Made by a program: the position numbers and the translations under genes
The notes under the pieces: model-generated
What the model was told of the DNA's origin: nothing
What the model saw: the letters and a program-made list of their open reading frames with translations, nothing else
The model's database searches: none
Shown: in pieces, positions 1 through 12,796 of the stretch
Layout: every line of letters begins with the position of its first letter
Position numbering within the stretch: position 1 is the stretch's first letter
DNA from: the human T2T-CHM13v2.0 reference genome, Homo sapiens
DNA length: 64,000 nt
Reading direction: 5' to 3' (one strand)
Assembly: GCF_009914755.1 (NCBI RefSeq)
Contig: NC_060942.1

Positions 1-754
1 TACCTTCTACATCTGCTGCCATTACAGTATTTTTAAAAAATCTATTACTTAATAATTCTTTGTATTAATTCTCTTCTCTTCAAATCTCTGATGTAGTTTG
101 TTTGCAAAGTGAACACTGCCTGATGTAACTGAATAAGCATCTCTCCCACTATTATGAAAGAGTGTGGCAGGAGACTGAAGTCCACAGTGTGGATCTAGCA
201 AACACATTCTGGCTTGAGGGTGTGCAGCTATTAGAAAAACTACTCCATTAAAAACTGAAAATTCTGAGATTAATGCTGAACCAGACAGGACACTAGAACA
301 AGTGGCAGGAACTCACACTGTTTCAACAATCAATGGTAACTCTATTGATAAGCTAAAATCTGAGAGGCTATCAGGGATCTCCTATTCAACTTTCCTATCT
401 GCAACACATTCAATCAAAGCACGAAAAGATACGTTTAGAAACCAAAGAGATCTTTCTAATTCCCTCCAAATTCTTTGTCACTTAATACTTCCCCTTAACC
501 CCCTTCAAATTAGTGGAGAGACTGACGATTCACTAATGAGGGACTAATGGCAGTTTCCAGGCAATGCCATATCAGGAGCCTTTTTTTCTTTTATAAGTTC
601 CTTGAAATACAATACCAGGCATATTAATGTAATGCTTTTCACATTAAGGTCCACTGGGTTCTCCATACCCTTGATCAGCAGAGGCTCTACAACATGTATG
701 TTTCATTGCTTACATTTGTCTTGGTAACAATCTAGACATTTTCATATAAGCATT

Positions 755-1245
755 GTCTTAGTCTGTTTTGTGTTGCTATATAGGAATACCTGAGGCTGGG
801 TAGTTTATAAAGAAAGAAGGCTTATTTGGCTCATATTCTGCAGAATATACAAGAGGTATGGCACTGGCATCCCCAGGCTTCTGGAGAGGGCTTTTGTGCT
901 ATGTCAAAAGACATTGAACCTCAGGAGGCGGAGGTTGCAGTGAACCTTCATTGAACCTGCAGGTTCAATGAGGGAAAGGTCAAAGGGGATGCAGGCACAT
1001 GCGAAGAGGGACCAAACATGGGGAGAAACCTTACTTTATAACAACCCACTCTCGGAGGAATTAATCCATTCCATGAGAGCTAATTGTACCTCACTGACTA
1101 CCAGGAGAACAGGACCAAGGCTTTCACAAGGGATCCACCCACATGACGCAGACACCTCTCCCTAAGTGGAACACTGGCACAGCAGGGACTGAATCACAGT
1201 GTGGGTTTTCGTGGAGACAAAAATCCACACCCAAACCACAGCCAT
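755..1245. mobile_element. MaLR LTR (MST-type), with a small internal Alu-derived insertion
   Basis: Starts tgtcttagtctgttttgtgttgctat...aatacctgaggctgggtagtttataaagaaa and ends ...ccaaaccacagcca, typical of MST/THE1 LTRs. Confidence 0.75.
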
Positions 1246-2130
1246 TATGTTTTGGATTGTCCAGACATCCACTTTATAACTCAGTAATCTTTTGAATTTA
1301 GGATTGTGCTGTTAGTAAGCAGTACAAATTTGTCTGGGGAATGTTAATGAAAAATGACAGAAGCAGATCCTGTAAAACTGATTCATTAACTCAAAGGACT
1401 AACCAAATAATATTCAAGAAGGTTTTAATTGTTTGAATAAAGAGAAGTGGTGGGAGAACTGAAAAGAGAATGTACTTGTGTAAATCGAATGTACCTGATA
1501 GGATAGGTACACCGGTCTCAAAAAAATTGGCACTAACGCAGTCAGAACACATTTCAAGTTAAAAATAGGAATTAACTACAGCAAAACAGCACCACAGATC
1601 ACATACACGGACACTCCATTTCATCATTTAGCCCAACTTCTCCTAGAGAGTGAACACTCCATTCCTTAAGTGTTATCACAATCGAATTAATTTTTCCTGA
1701 CATTTATTTATTTCAATTAAACTCTTCTTCCATCACTGAATATGTGAAACACTGTCCAATTGTCTTGTGACAATATTATTACCACAGGGTATGGCAGAAA
1801 AAGCAGTTCTCTGGGAATGTGGCCATACTGACTGTAGTCTCAATTCTTCTGTGAATTCTTCATGGGACTCTGGGCAAATCACACAAACTACCTCTATTTC
1901 ACCATCCTCTCCTGCAAAATATAAGGAACAGCGTCAACAATATGGTTCTTTCAAATGCTTACATTTTATGATGCTATGTTTGTTTCTCTAGCATTAATTA
2001 GCTGAAGCAAGTGTGTTTTGTTTTTGCTTTTTGTGTTTTTTTACACTTTCTCAAAACCAGGGAAGATTGCTGGGAATCTCATGGGAGATTGAGAGCTGTG
2101 GCCGGGCATATATGAAGTAACTTTTGCTAG

Positions 2131-2481
<351 letters not shown>

Positions 2482-3599
2482 TAAGGTGGAGTATTTGTGC
2501 ATTTTACAGCAAGGAGTACAGAGACCTCGAATCACCCCAGGAAGCTCCAATTATGCCTGGACTCTACTTCCTTCTTGACAAGTGGAAGTCTAATTTGGAG
2601 ACGGTGGTAGCTCAACCTGAGACTAGCCTAGGAGTGTGCCCTTCCTGAGGTCCACAAAGTCAGGAGCCGAGGGAGTCAGACAAAACTAGGTCAAGGTTGA
2701 GTCGGGAGTTGAGAACCAGCAGATACTCCCTAGTACTGACTGAAGAGATGTGAAGTTAGGTATGAGGCAAGAAGACAGAAGATGAGGCTGAGGACAGTTT
2801 CTGAGGCACTGAATTATATACTCTGGAACCTTATCAGTTACCTGTTGTGTCCCCAGTGGGCCAGGGTGGAGTGGGGAGCCTGTTCAGGCTCACTCTGAAA
2901 TTGGGCTTTAGTTATTCTGAGAGATGGGTTTCCCTTCAGGGCCCAGCATTTAAATTGTCCATACTCAGAAAATAAATACAATTAATCCTCGTGAATATCG
3001 ACTTGCAGACAAATTCCTTACCTAGGAAAACAGACCAGTTCTACTTTTCATTGCATTATTTCAAAAATTAGATTTGTTCATTCTTGGATTCATCTTTGAT
3101 TCTTCCTGCTCCCTCTTCCTCTCATGGTCCAAGAAGTGATGCCAAATTTATGTCCTGGAAATTCCTCAAGGCCATGTCCTCCTCTCCATTTCTCCTGCCT
3201 CTGTTTCATTTCAGCTTTCCTCATCTCTCATCCATGCTGCGTCCTTAACGCCTCACTGCAGGCAATGGTACCCTCCTACAATATACTCCATGTTGCAGCC
3301 AGAGGGACCTTCGTAAATACAAATATGATTATGTTTCTCCCCAGCTTAAAATCCTTTTGTGTTTCCCCATAGTCCACAAGGGAACGAAGAAACACCACCA
3401 ACAGCGTCCACATGGCCTTCACGACATGGCCCTGTGGACACATCAGACGTTGTCTTGCAGTGCCTCATCCACACTATCTGTACCACTGCAGGCCTGGATA
3501 CGTCATGGTTTTCATGGTGCTATCTTGTGCCTCTTTGCACCTGCACGCACTGTGTTTCCTACATGGGATATCTGTGTTTACAACCAAACTCCCAGGGGC

Positions 3600-3800
3600 C
3601 AAATTATATCCTTTGTAAAGGACTTCAAACCACCAGGCATTTGCTGGAAGTTTCACGGAGGAAAACAAGCATTTTTCATCTTTTAATCTGTTTTGCTGGT
3701 CAAAGAGGAAAAGGAGTGGATGGACAAAGTGGGGCCCAAAGTCTGGATCTAGTTCTGACCAACAAGGAGAAATTGATGCACAATGGGGAAGTGACCTTGG
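3600..3800 (+). mobile_element. CR1/L3 LINE ORF2 endonuclease relic
   Basis: Translations KDFKPPGICWK and LDLVLTNKEKL resemble the CR1 motifs GDFNxPDICW and LDLVLTNxEEL. Confidence 0.6.
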
Positions 3801-5029
3801 CATTTTCAACTGGCAGAGCCGGTAAGTTTGGGCACAGTTCAAATGTGAGTCTGTAGCCACTAGAGAGAGGGGTTTCAAAGTCATGGAGAAAAGATGGGGG
3901 TGAATCCTGCACCAAGACTTATTGAGGAGAGTTCTTGGGAACAGTTACTTTTAGGATTCCACAGGGAAATCACTGAGCGAGTTTTACAAAATACTGCTGC
4001 TGGGTTCCCTCCTCCAAGAGATCTTTACTTAATTGGTTTGGGGTGCAGAGTGGGAATGTGCATCTTTAAAAGCAGAATTCCCAAACTGGAGAGCTCTGTG
4101 AGAGCTTCCTGCAGGAGACATTATTTGAACTGAATTTTGAAAGACAAGCTTGCATGCCAGGAACCCCATGTATATGAACAGAGGATATGAAGGAATGTAA
4201 ATAATTTGCTATGGCTCTAAAGAAAAGAAGGGAGAAATCAAGACGTGAAGAGGCTTACACTCCTTGCTCAATAGTTTCTAATTTATCTTTTTGGATAAGA
4301 GGATGTTATAAAGGATTTTAAACTGAGGTATAAAATAATTAGAATTGGAATGTTTACCTGAACTTCAGAGTAGGCAATAGGTTGGCATGGATCAGAACTG
4401 TAGGTAGGAAAATTAATTGTTTAGGAGAGACATGAGACATGATAGAGGTGACAGAGTATGGACAGGAGGAACACAAAAGTGATAGAAGTAACAGGACTGT
4501 TGATCATTTAGTTAAAAGAACTGCGGAGGGACACACCCAGGTTTCTGAGAGATGTCCAGTAGTACACAGGTAACATCTACGGCTCGAGACAGGTTAGAGA
4601 TTTTGAAGAAATAAGTTAAAAGTTGAAACATGAACCTATGGATATAGTGGAGGTCATACAAGAAGATCATATTATAATGAAAAGAAGAGGGCTTAGAATG
4701 GTAGGAAAGGAATCAGGATACCAAGCAAAGGAGTCAGGAAAGAAGGGAAGGGTGCTCTGGAAATCCTGGGAAGGTCAAAGAAGAAAGGGCTAAATGTCGC
4801 CAACAAACAAAATGAAATAAGACCTGGGATGTATTTTTTGGCCAAGGCAATTAGAAAATGATTAGTATCCTTATCAGGAGCAATTTCAGAGAATGTTTGG
4901 GTGGACGTCTAACTACAGTGGAGTCAAACGTGAATCAACGGTGAAAAAAGGACAATAGCCAATGTGTACACTTTTTATAAAAACCACCCTCCAAGGACCA
5001 GGCACTGGCCCTCTCTCCGGTGCCCGCAG

Positions 5030-5228
5030 ACATCCACACAGGCCCAAAGAATCAGGGATTGCACAAGCCAGAGCAATCGAACGGTTCTGAGTCATCTGCC
5101 GGAAGCCTTGCCCTCAATCAAGGCGGACGTGAAGCATCTACAAAGGAGGAATAGTCAAAGCAGCAGCGGCGGCGGCGGCGGCGGCGGCGGCAGCAGCAGC
5201 AGCAGCAGGAGGTGGGGGCCTCTGCCAG
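5030..5228 (+). other. SERPINB8: SERPINB8 non-coding exon 1 (start approximate; two candidate donors after 5211 and 5228)
   Basis: Donor motifs GAG|GTGGGG (5212) and CAG|GTACCG (5229) inside the CpG island. Exon 2 has only 10 nt of UTR before the ATG, so an upstream exon is required. Confidence 0.7.
5161..5208 (+). repeat. Compound trinucleotide repeat (CAG)2(CGG)8(CAG)6 in the 5' UTR
   Basis: Read directly from the sequence. Confidence 0.97.
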
Positions 5229-7031
5229 GTACCGGGCGGGGCAGGCACGGAGGTGCCCAGGTTCCCGCGGAGGCCACCTCTTCCCTGGAGTGCGTGAGAG
5301 AGGGGAAGGGAGGAAGGCCAGAGCAGGAATCAGAGCGAGGCAAAGGCGGGCAGGAACTAGGAGAATGACGGCGGGAGGCGGCCGGGAAAGAGAGTCGCGG
5401 GGCTGTGGGGGTCGCCCTGGCACCAGCCGGGGTCCCAAGCCCCACCGCGAGACCCGGCGAAGGCCGAGGGCCGGGTCCGGAGAACAGGTGCGCCCAGACC
5501 CGCCCTGAATAGGAAGCTGCCCCTGGAGAGGGAGCGTCTGTTTCTAGGCTTGCGATTTGCTGCGCTGTGATTTGCTGCCGGATGGGAGCGGGGGGTGACG
5601 CGAGCAGTGAGTTTGGAAGCGCCGGAAGCTTGGGCGGGAGCCCCGGGAGGGCGAGTGGGAGGAGCCGCAGCTGCGGAGGAGGCTCCGGGAGTGCGGGTGG
5701 CGGGGCCTGGAATTTCCGTGGCGCCTGGGGCAGATCGGGGAGGCGCCGAGTCCCTGCTCCCCTGGCGCCCAAGCTTGCCCTTGTGCTTACAGCCTATTGG
5801 TTGCACCTTCTCCTTCCCTTCCTGTCCCCCCCCTCCGTTCTTTCCACCCCTGCCTTCATCTTTCTGTATCTTTCATATTCTCTTCTTCATTGTCTGCTTC
5901 CTCTCAAATGGGATGGGGTTGGGGGTGCTTCTTCACCTACGCCCCTCTCTGTTGCAGCCACCGGCGTTACTTTAACCAATTCCTCACTTTCCAGACACTC
6001 TCAGTCCTCTGGCTGCTGCTTCACTCCTGAGACCTCTCCATTCCAAAGGGCCTCACCCAGGGCTGCTCTCCGGGCCCCTCCCGCTTCCCTGCCTCGGGCT
6101 CTGCGTAGACCGCGCCCTCTTCCCTGGGTCCACTCGGAGGGGCAGACTCGTCTCCCCAGTTCTCCCAGCACACCCTGATGGCTGGGTCTCAGTCTCCGTT
6201 TCGCGCGCGCGCTCTCCCCTCGCCCTCCTCTGTCTCTTCCTTTTACTACCTCCAGATATTGGAAATTCCACAGAAATAGGTGGATTTCTTCCCTTGTGCC
6301 TCCACTAGATGTTCTGTGTAGTTTCATCCATTCTCATGGAACCTCTCGGAATCGGGATGCTGATGGCTCCAGGTCTCTGGCTCTAGACAGTCTACTCATC
6401 CCCGTCCCTAACTGTTTACAAACATCCTTGGCTGTCTTTGTTACAGGTTCACCTGGTATGGTGTGTTCCACGCATCTCAAATGGAACAAGTCATATTCCC
6501 CATTCCAGCCTGACTCCTCATTTAAAATTCCAGTGGTTCACGACCCACCCTGAGTATGAATTTATAACAGCTAGGCGCCTCGGGACTGGGCCCTCCTGTG
6601 CTCTGTCCCTATGTGAGCAGTCACTGCCTGGCAATTCCAGCCCCCACTTCTCTATTGCAGACAATCCCTCTGCTTTCAGCAGTCCCTGGCCCATGGTGGT
6701 GGCCTACGCGCCAGCTCCCCAGCCTCTTTTCATACCAAATACTGAGCCGGGTTATCTTTCTAAAGCCCCAATGCACTCATATGAGACGTTTGTTTAAAAA
6801 CCATGCATGGCTTTCCAGACCATAATCTCAAGTTCAAACTCCTAAATGTGGCATAAGGGTCCGTCCTATCTCACTACCACGTGGCTCACAGGAAACCATA
6901 GAAACCCACCCCAGGGGCACCACACAAACCATGCCCTTTGTCTTCCTGCCACATTCTTGGCACCTGCTAATTCCTCAGCCTATTATTTGCATCCCCCATT
7001 TCACCACCTACGGAATGCCTGCCCGGCTTTT

Positions 7032-9115
7032 CTTTTTTCTTTTTGTTTTTGATATGTGGTTTTAATAAGTTTCATTACCTATTGAATAAATACAAAAGAA
7101 CATTTAAAATGTGTATTAAATTATAAAGAACAGCAGTACAACCCATCACCCAGTTTAATAACTGGAATATTGTCATCGCTGGAGGCCGTGTTTCCCTACT
7201 GATCACACCCTCCTCCCTCATCACATCCGCTTCCCTCCCCTCTGTATCACCACCTTCCTGAGTTTCATGATAATAACGACATAGTTTTACTGTCTACACA
7301 TGCATCCAGAATGATTTAGTTTAGCCTGGTTTTGAACTTTACGTATATGGAATAATACTGTATTACTCTGTGGCTTAATCCTTTAATACATTATTTGTGG
7401 GAATTGTCCATGTCAAAAACTAAAGAACTTATAGATATGGTTCTTTCAGTTTTTATTGTTCTGTATTCCATTATACTAATATACTACAATCCATTTATCC
7501 ATTCTGTTTTTGATGGACATTTGGGTTGTTTCTTTTTTATTATTATACTTTAAGTTCTAGGGTAAAAGTGCACAATATGCAAGTTTGATACATAGGTATA
7601 CATGAGCCATGTTGGTTTGCCGCACCCATCAACTAGTCATTTACATTAGGTATTTCTCCTAATGCTATTCCTCTCACATCCCCCCCGCCCACCCCACAGG
7701 CCCCGGTGTGTGATTTTCCCCACCCTATGTCCAAGTGTTTTCATTGTTCAGTTCCCACCTATGAGTGAGAACATGTGGTGTTTGGGTTTCTGTCTTTGTG
7801 GTAGTTTGCTGAGAATGATGGTTTCCAGCTTCATCCATGTCCCTACAAAGGACATGAACTCATCGTTTTTTTATGGCTGCATAGTATTCCATGGTGTATA
7901 TATGCCACATTTTCTTAATCCAGTCTATCATTGATGGACATTTGGGTTGGTTCCAAGTCTTTGCTATTGTGAATAGTGCCGCAATAAACATACATGTGCA
8001 TGTGTCTTTGTAGTAGCATGATTTATAATCCTTTGGGTGTATACCCAGTAATGGGGTGGCTGGGTCAAATGGTATTTCTAGTTCTAGATCCTTGAGGAAT
8101 CGCCACACTGTCTTCCATAATGGTTGAACTAGTTTACAGTCCTACCAAGAGTTTAAAAGTGTTCCTTTTTCTCCACATCCTCTCCAGCACCTGTTGTTTC
8201 CTGACTTTTTAATGATCACCATTCTAACTGGTGTGAGATGGTATCTCATTGTGGTTTTGATTTGCATTTCTCTGATGACCAGTGATGATGAACGTTTTTT
8301 CACGTGTCTGTTGCCTGCATAAATGTCTTCCTTTGAGAAGTGTCTGTTCATATCCATTGCCCACTTTTTGATGGGGTTGTTTGTTTTTTTCTTGTAAATT
8401 TGTTTGAGTTCTTTGTAGATTCTGGATATTAGCCCTTTGTCAGATGGGTAGATTGCAAAAATTTTCTCCCATTCTGTAGGTTGCCTGTTTACTCTGATGG
8501 TAGTTTCTTTTGCTGTGCAGAAGCTCTTTAGTTTAATTAGATCCCATTTGTCTACTTTGGCTTTTGTTGCCATTGCTTTTGGTGTTTTAGTCATGAAGTC
8601 CTTGCCCATGGCTATGTCCTGAATGGTATTGCCTAGGTTTTCTTCTAGGGTTTTTATGGTTTTAGGTCTAACATTTAAGTCTTCAATCCATCTTGAATTA
8701 ATTTTTGTATAAGGTGTAAGGAAGGGATCCAGTTTCAGCTTTCTACATATGCCAGTTTTCCCAGCACCATTTATTAAATAGGGAATCCGTTCTCCATTTC
8801 TTGTTTTTGTCCGGTTTGTCAAAGATCAGATGGTTGTAGATGTGTGGTATTATTTCTGAGGCCTCTGTTCTGCTCCATTGGTCTATATCTCTGTTTTGGT
8901 ACCAGTACCATGCTGTTTTGGTTACTGAAGCCTTGTAGTGTAGTTTGAAGTCAGGTAATGTGATGCCTCCAGCTTTGTTCTTTTTGCTTAGGATTGTCTT
9001 GGCAATGTGGGCTCTTTTTTGGTTCCATATGAACTTTAAAGTAGTTTTTTCCAATTCTGTGAAGAAAGTCATTGGTAGCTTGATGGGGATGGCATTGAAT
9101 CTATAAATTACCTTG
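7032..9115 (-). mobile_element. 5'-truncated L1PA (7533-9115) carrying a ~480 bp 3' transduction (7051-7532)
   Basis: L1 ORF2 C-terminal peptides in ORFs 8743..9072, 8142..8822 and 7860..8108; L1PA 3' UTR; 15-bp TSD at 7017-7031 and 9116-9130. Confidence 0.9.
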
Positions 9116-10144
9116 GCCTGCCCAGCTTTTAAAGCCAGCTTCTCTGGAAAGTCTTTCCAGGATTCTGTAGAGGTTTTCTTCTTATTATTTATTTATTTAC
9201 TTGTTTTTTTCTGAGGATTTCCATAGCACTTTCAAAATTATCCTGTTATAGAGCACCTGACTGGCTTGAAACTACGCATTTCCATATGTGTGTCTTCTTT
9301 AGGGTGTAAGCTTCTGGGCAGTGATTAACGCATTTATTTTTCATTTTCTCCTCCCAAAACAGGTAGTGAACATTCTACATAAATGCTCTTTGAATAAACT
9401 CACTTTTGGATGTTGTATGGGGATGGGGGAGTGGAGGAGGTAGTTCGTAGGTATTTGGGGCTCCCAGGAGGAGGACAATATCATATACTTGGAAACGTAA
9501 GGCTTGCTTTTGAGGCTGACTCTCACTTTTTCTGTGAGTCCTGTGGACAGTATTTAATTGCCTCTGTCTTTGTTTGTTTGCCTGAAAAGGAAAAACTAGT
9601 TTAATGCCAATTTATTTGGTTGGCTGGAAATAAAAACTTCTGATTCCTGTGTTTTTATAACACAATCTAATTGTGGCATTGGCACCTAAAGTATTATTTT
9701 GTATTAAAATTAATTGCTTTTTAGAAATATTGGGTAAAGTCCATTTTGTTTAAAGTTCCAACCCTTTCAAAAGCTATAAAGTCCAAATGAGATTGGAACA
9801 CCAGGAAGACAGGGGGAAGAGTCATTCTGTTACCTGGTTTTCTCCCCTGCCTGACTTCTGACCTGAGCAGAGGCCAAGGGGGTGCACTTGTGTGTGAGTG
9901 TGTGCACATGTATTGTGGCTGCAGGGTAGATATTGATGGGAAATACCACATACTGACCAGCACCTGAGTGTTGAAAAGGAATGGAAGTGGGGACATGAGA
10001 TGAAGGAAGAGGAAAGATGGAAGAAATCAGAAGTAGCAGTTTGCAACTAAGAGCAGTTAAAATGTAAAGATGAGATTGATGCAATAGTTCAGTTCATTCA
10101 GAACTATTGAAACTATTGATTCAATAGTTCAGACAGGATGATTA

Positions 10145-10181
10145 AACACACCTACACACACACACACACACACACACACAC
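10145..10181. repeat. (CA)n microsatellite
   Basis: Read directly. Confidence 0.95.
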
Positions 10182-11445
10182 CCCAACCTAAGTTCATGCT
10201 TGCTTCACCCTGAGTCCAAAGCTCTTATGCTAAGGTTGGATCAAATCCAAATTTATTTGTGTCTCTGTCTTACCCAGTTTACCCAATTCTCTCCATCTTT
10301 AAGTTTCTTTGGTGCCACCTTCTGGTTGGCCCAGTTCTATGAAGTCTGAATATTCCTTCCTGCCTCCCAGTCTCTGAAATGTCCTCGAGTGAAAGATGAG
10401 GTTGTGGAGGACCCCGGGACTTGCCTGCACATACTACTCTGCCTTCCAACATCTGCAGACCCTAGTATAAGCTCTGGAGAGGTCTTATGATGTGAGGATA
10501 GTGAGAAACAGGAATATTTTGTTCCATAATAAACAACCTCTTAAGTATAGAGTACTGTTGTGCAAATTATGTCATGATTGTGTTTTCTTGGTTCACATTT
10601 ATTTTACTTAGTTTTCTGAACCCTAACCATAACCCTAACCCTACTTGTTTTTTTCTGAACTGCACTAACATTTATTTTAAACTTTAAAGAATTTGCACTG
10701 CTTTAGACTGTTGTTCTATATTTAGAGTGTTGCCTTTACACTTTAAAAAAATATATAAGCTCACTTTTTTGTTTAAGTAAGAGACACCCTTCTGTTGAAA
10801 AATATCTTAGGAGGAAGCGAAATATCTTAGGAGGAAGCAAAACATCCAACAGTGAAGATACTTTGGTTAATACAGTTGTTCCCCACTTCCTTGTCTCAGC
10901 CACTCAATTCCCCTTTCCTCCTGTGCTCTAAGAGACCCAGAAGACCTGTCCAAGACCCCCACTAAGGGCATACAGTTTCAGAGCTGCTGCAACAGGCACT
11001 TTGTAGGCCGCTGGGAAACTGGATGAGGCTCCATCTGTTTATAGAAATGAACACATGCACGATAATTTATATCTCTAGATAGAGTTTCCAGGACTTTTCA
11101 TTTTGCTCATTTGCTAATTTTCCAAACTGGAGCATATTTTTCTTGTTTGACTACATTTTTCAGTTAAAATTATACATGTTTATGAAAAAAAGGATAATAT
11201 AATAGAAAAAATATCTGTAGGATCATGAGATTATAGATAATGATTTGTCCTTTTATTTTCCCAAATGTTCTCAATTGTAAGAACAAAAAGGCTGAGGGAA
11301 ATTGAGATGAGTTGGTGAACTGCAATATTTTATGAAATAGCCCACGTTTTTATAGGGTTTAATAGATATAAACAACAATGTAGGACTTATAATAATGCAC
11401 TAAAATTATAATAATAGTAAACTGTAATAGCTTTTTAGCACTTTA

Positions 11446-11782
11446 AGCAAGGTGCCCCCCTAGATTAGGCTCCTACCTTCCACAGAACTGGTTGATAGGG
11501 ATGCTATCTTTCTTGATGATTACATTTCAAAAGGATGGCTTCCAGGTCTTTGAGAGACTGTCCTGGGATGTAAAACTAGCAAGAAGCTTTTTTAAAAGAT
11601 TTACATCTCAAAGGGGCTGATAAAGAATTTACAATGACAAGTTCTCTAAATAAAATGCTTTAAGAAAAAGGAAGAAAGGGCCTAGAGGCAGGAGGAAGCC
11701 TGTTTAGTTTGTTTATTTAGTCAAGTTTAGGTTGTCTAAAGTTAATTCAAGCTGAGGGGAATGTTAAGACCCTCTTAGCCAG
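11446..11782 (-). mobile_element. ERV1 LTR fragment (MER31-like)
   Basis: Shares blocks (gcaaggtgccc, aaaagatttacat, ctagaggca, tcaagctgagggga) with the copy at 40744-41299. Confidence 0.65.
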
Positions 11783-12149
11783 GAGGATCCAAAAATCAAT
11801 GCATCTAATTAAAAGTGCTCCCTCGATGACAAGATTAGGGCTTCATATTTTATATCCATGCCTATGGACTTTCTTTGCAACTCCGTAACCCAGTTTCAGC
11901 AACTCTTGGGGAAAATGGGGCATCTTTTTGGAGTCACTTTAAAAAGTAATTTTTTTTTTTTTTGTCTTTCCAGTAGCCTCATATTTCAGGCCAGCCTATC
12001 TCAAACAAACCCTCCAAATTTGGTGAAATGTATCTAGCTGTTTTCACAGGAAGTGATGACAGAAATACAGTTTTTATTGATAAAGAATTACATATATAAG
12101 TTTTAGAACATTCTTTATAGATTATATTGGAGACATTAAACTGAAAGAT

Positions 12150-12362
12150 AATTAGCAGCAATAGGGGGATTTTGTGTAATGATTAAGAATTCAGGCTCTG
12201 GAATCAAACTGTGGGTGCCAGGCGTTTATGACTACCTGAGGGTTCTGGAATGAGTTACTAAACCTCACTCAGTCTTCTCATCTCTAAAGTGGGGCAATAA
12301 CTATACTGACCTCAATGTGTTATTGGGTGATAATGGAAAGTGCTGAAAACAGTGCCTGGCAC
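12150..12362 (+). mobile_element. MIR
   Basis: ggctctggaatcaaactg ... ctcagtcttctcatctctaaagtgggg ... aacagtgcctggcac core. Confidence 0.7.
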
Positions 12363-12367
12363 CAAGA

Positions 12368-12669
12368 TCTTTTTTTTTTTTTCCTGAGATGGAGTCTCAC
12401 TCTGTTGCCCAGGCTGGAGTGCAGTGGCGTGATCTCGGCTCTCTGCAGCCTCCACCTCCTGGGGCTCAAGTGATTCTCCTGCCTCAGCCTTCCAAGTAGC
12501 TGGGATTACAGGTGCCCGCCACCATGCCTGGATAATTTTTGAATTTTCAATAGAGATGGGGTTTCACCTTGTTGGCCAGGCTGGTCTCGAACTGCTGACC
12601 TCAAGTGATCTGCCTGCCTTGGCTTTCCAAAGTGCTGGGATTACAGGTGTGAGGCACCACACCCGTCCG
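12368..12669 (-). mobile_element. Alu (AluS-type)
   Basis: Full Alu body; TSD caccaagatcttt / cacaaagaccttt. Confidence 0.95.
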
Positions 12670-12796
12670 CACAAAGACCTTTTGGCTGCTGCTATACCAA
12701 GGGAGGAAGTAAGCAGGTGTTGCAGGGTGTCTGTGCCCCTGTTGCTAAGAGGGATACAAGTCATAGGCCCTGAGATTGGCTATTTTATGAATAAAC

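Larger units (their letters stand above)
4940..6230 (+). promoter_or_regulatory. SERPINB8: SERPINB8 CpG-island promoter and proximal intron 1
   Basis: High GC and CpG density at ~5000-5790 and ~6060-6225; CCAAT at ~4959; AP-1 TGAGTCA at ~5088; ETS-like CCGGAAG at ~5099; GC boxes; NF-kB-like GGAATTTCC at 5709-5717. Confidence 0.85.

Noticed and set aside
4964-6327. Several 100-205 aa ORFs on both strands over the promoter
   Set aside because: Low-complexity G/P/A/R-rich translations, many with non-ATG starts; expected from stop-codon scarcity in a CpG island.
7860-9072. 226-aa and neighbouring ORFs
   Set aside because: Frameshifted C-terminal pieces of L1 ORF2 in a 5'-truncated element; not a host gene or an active L1.
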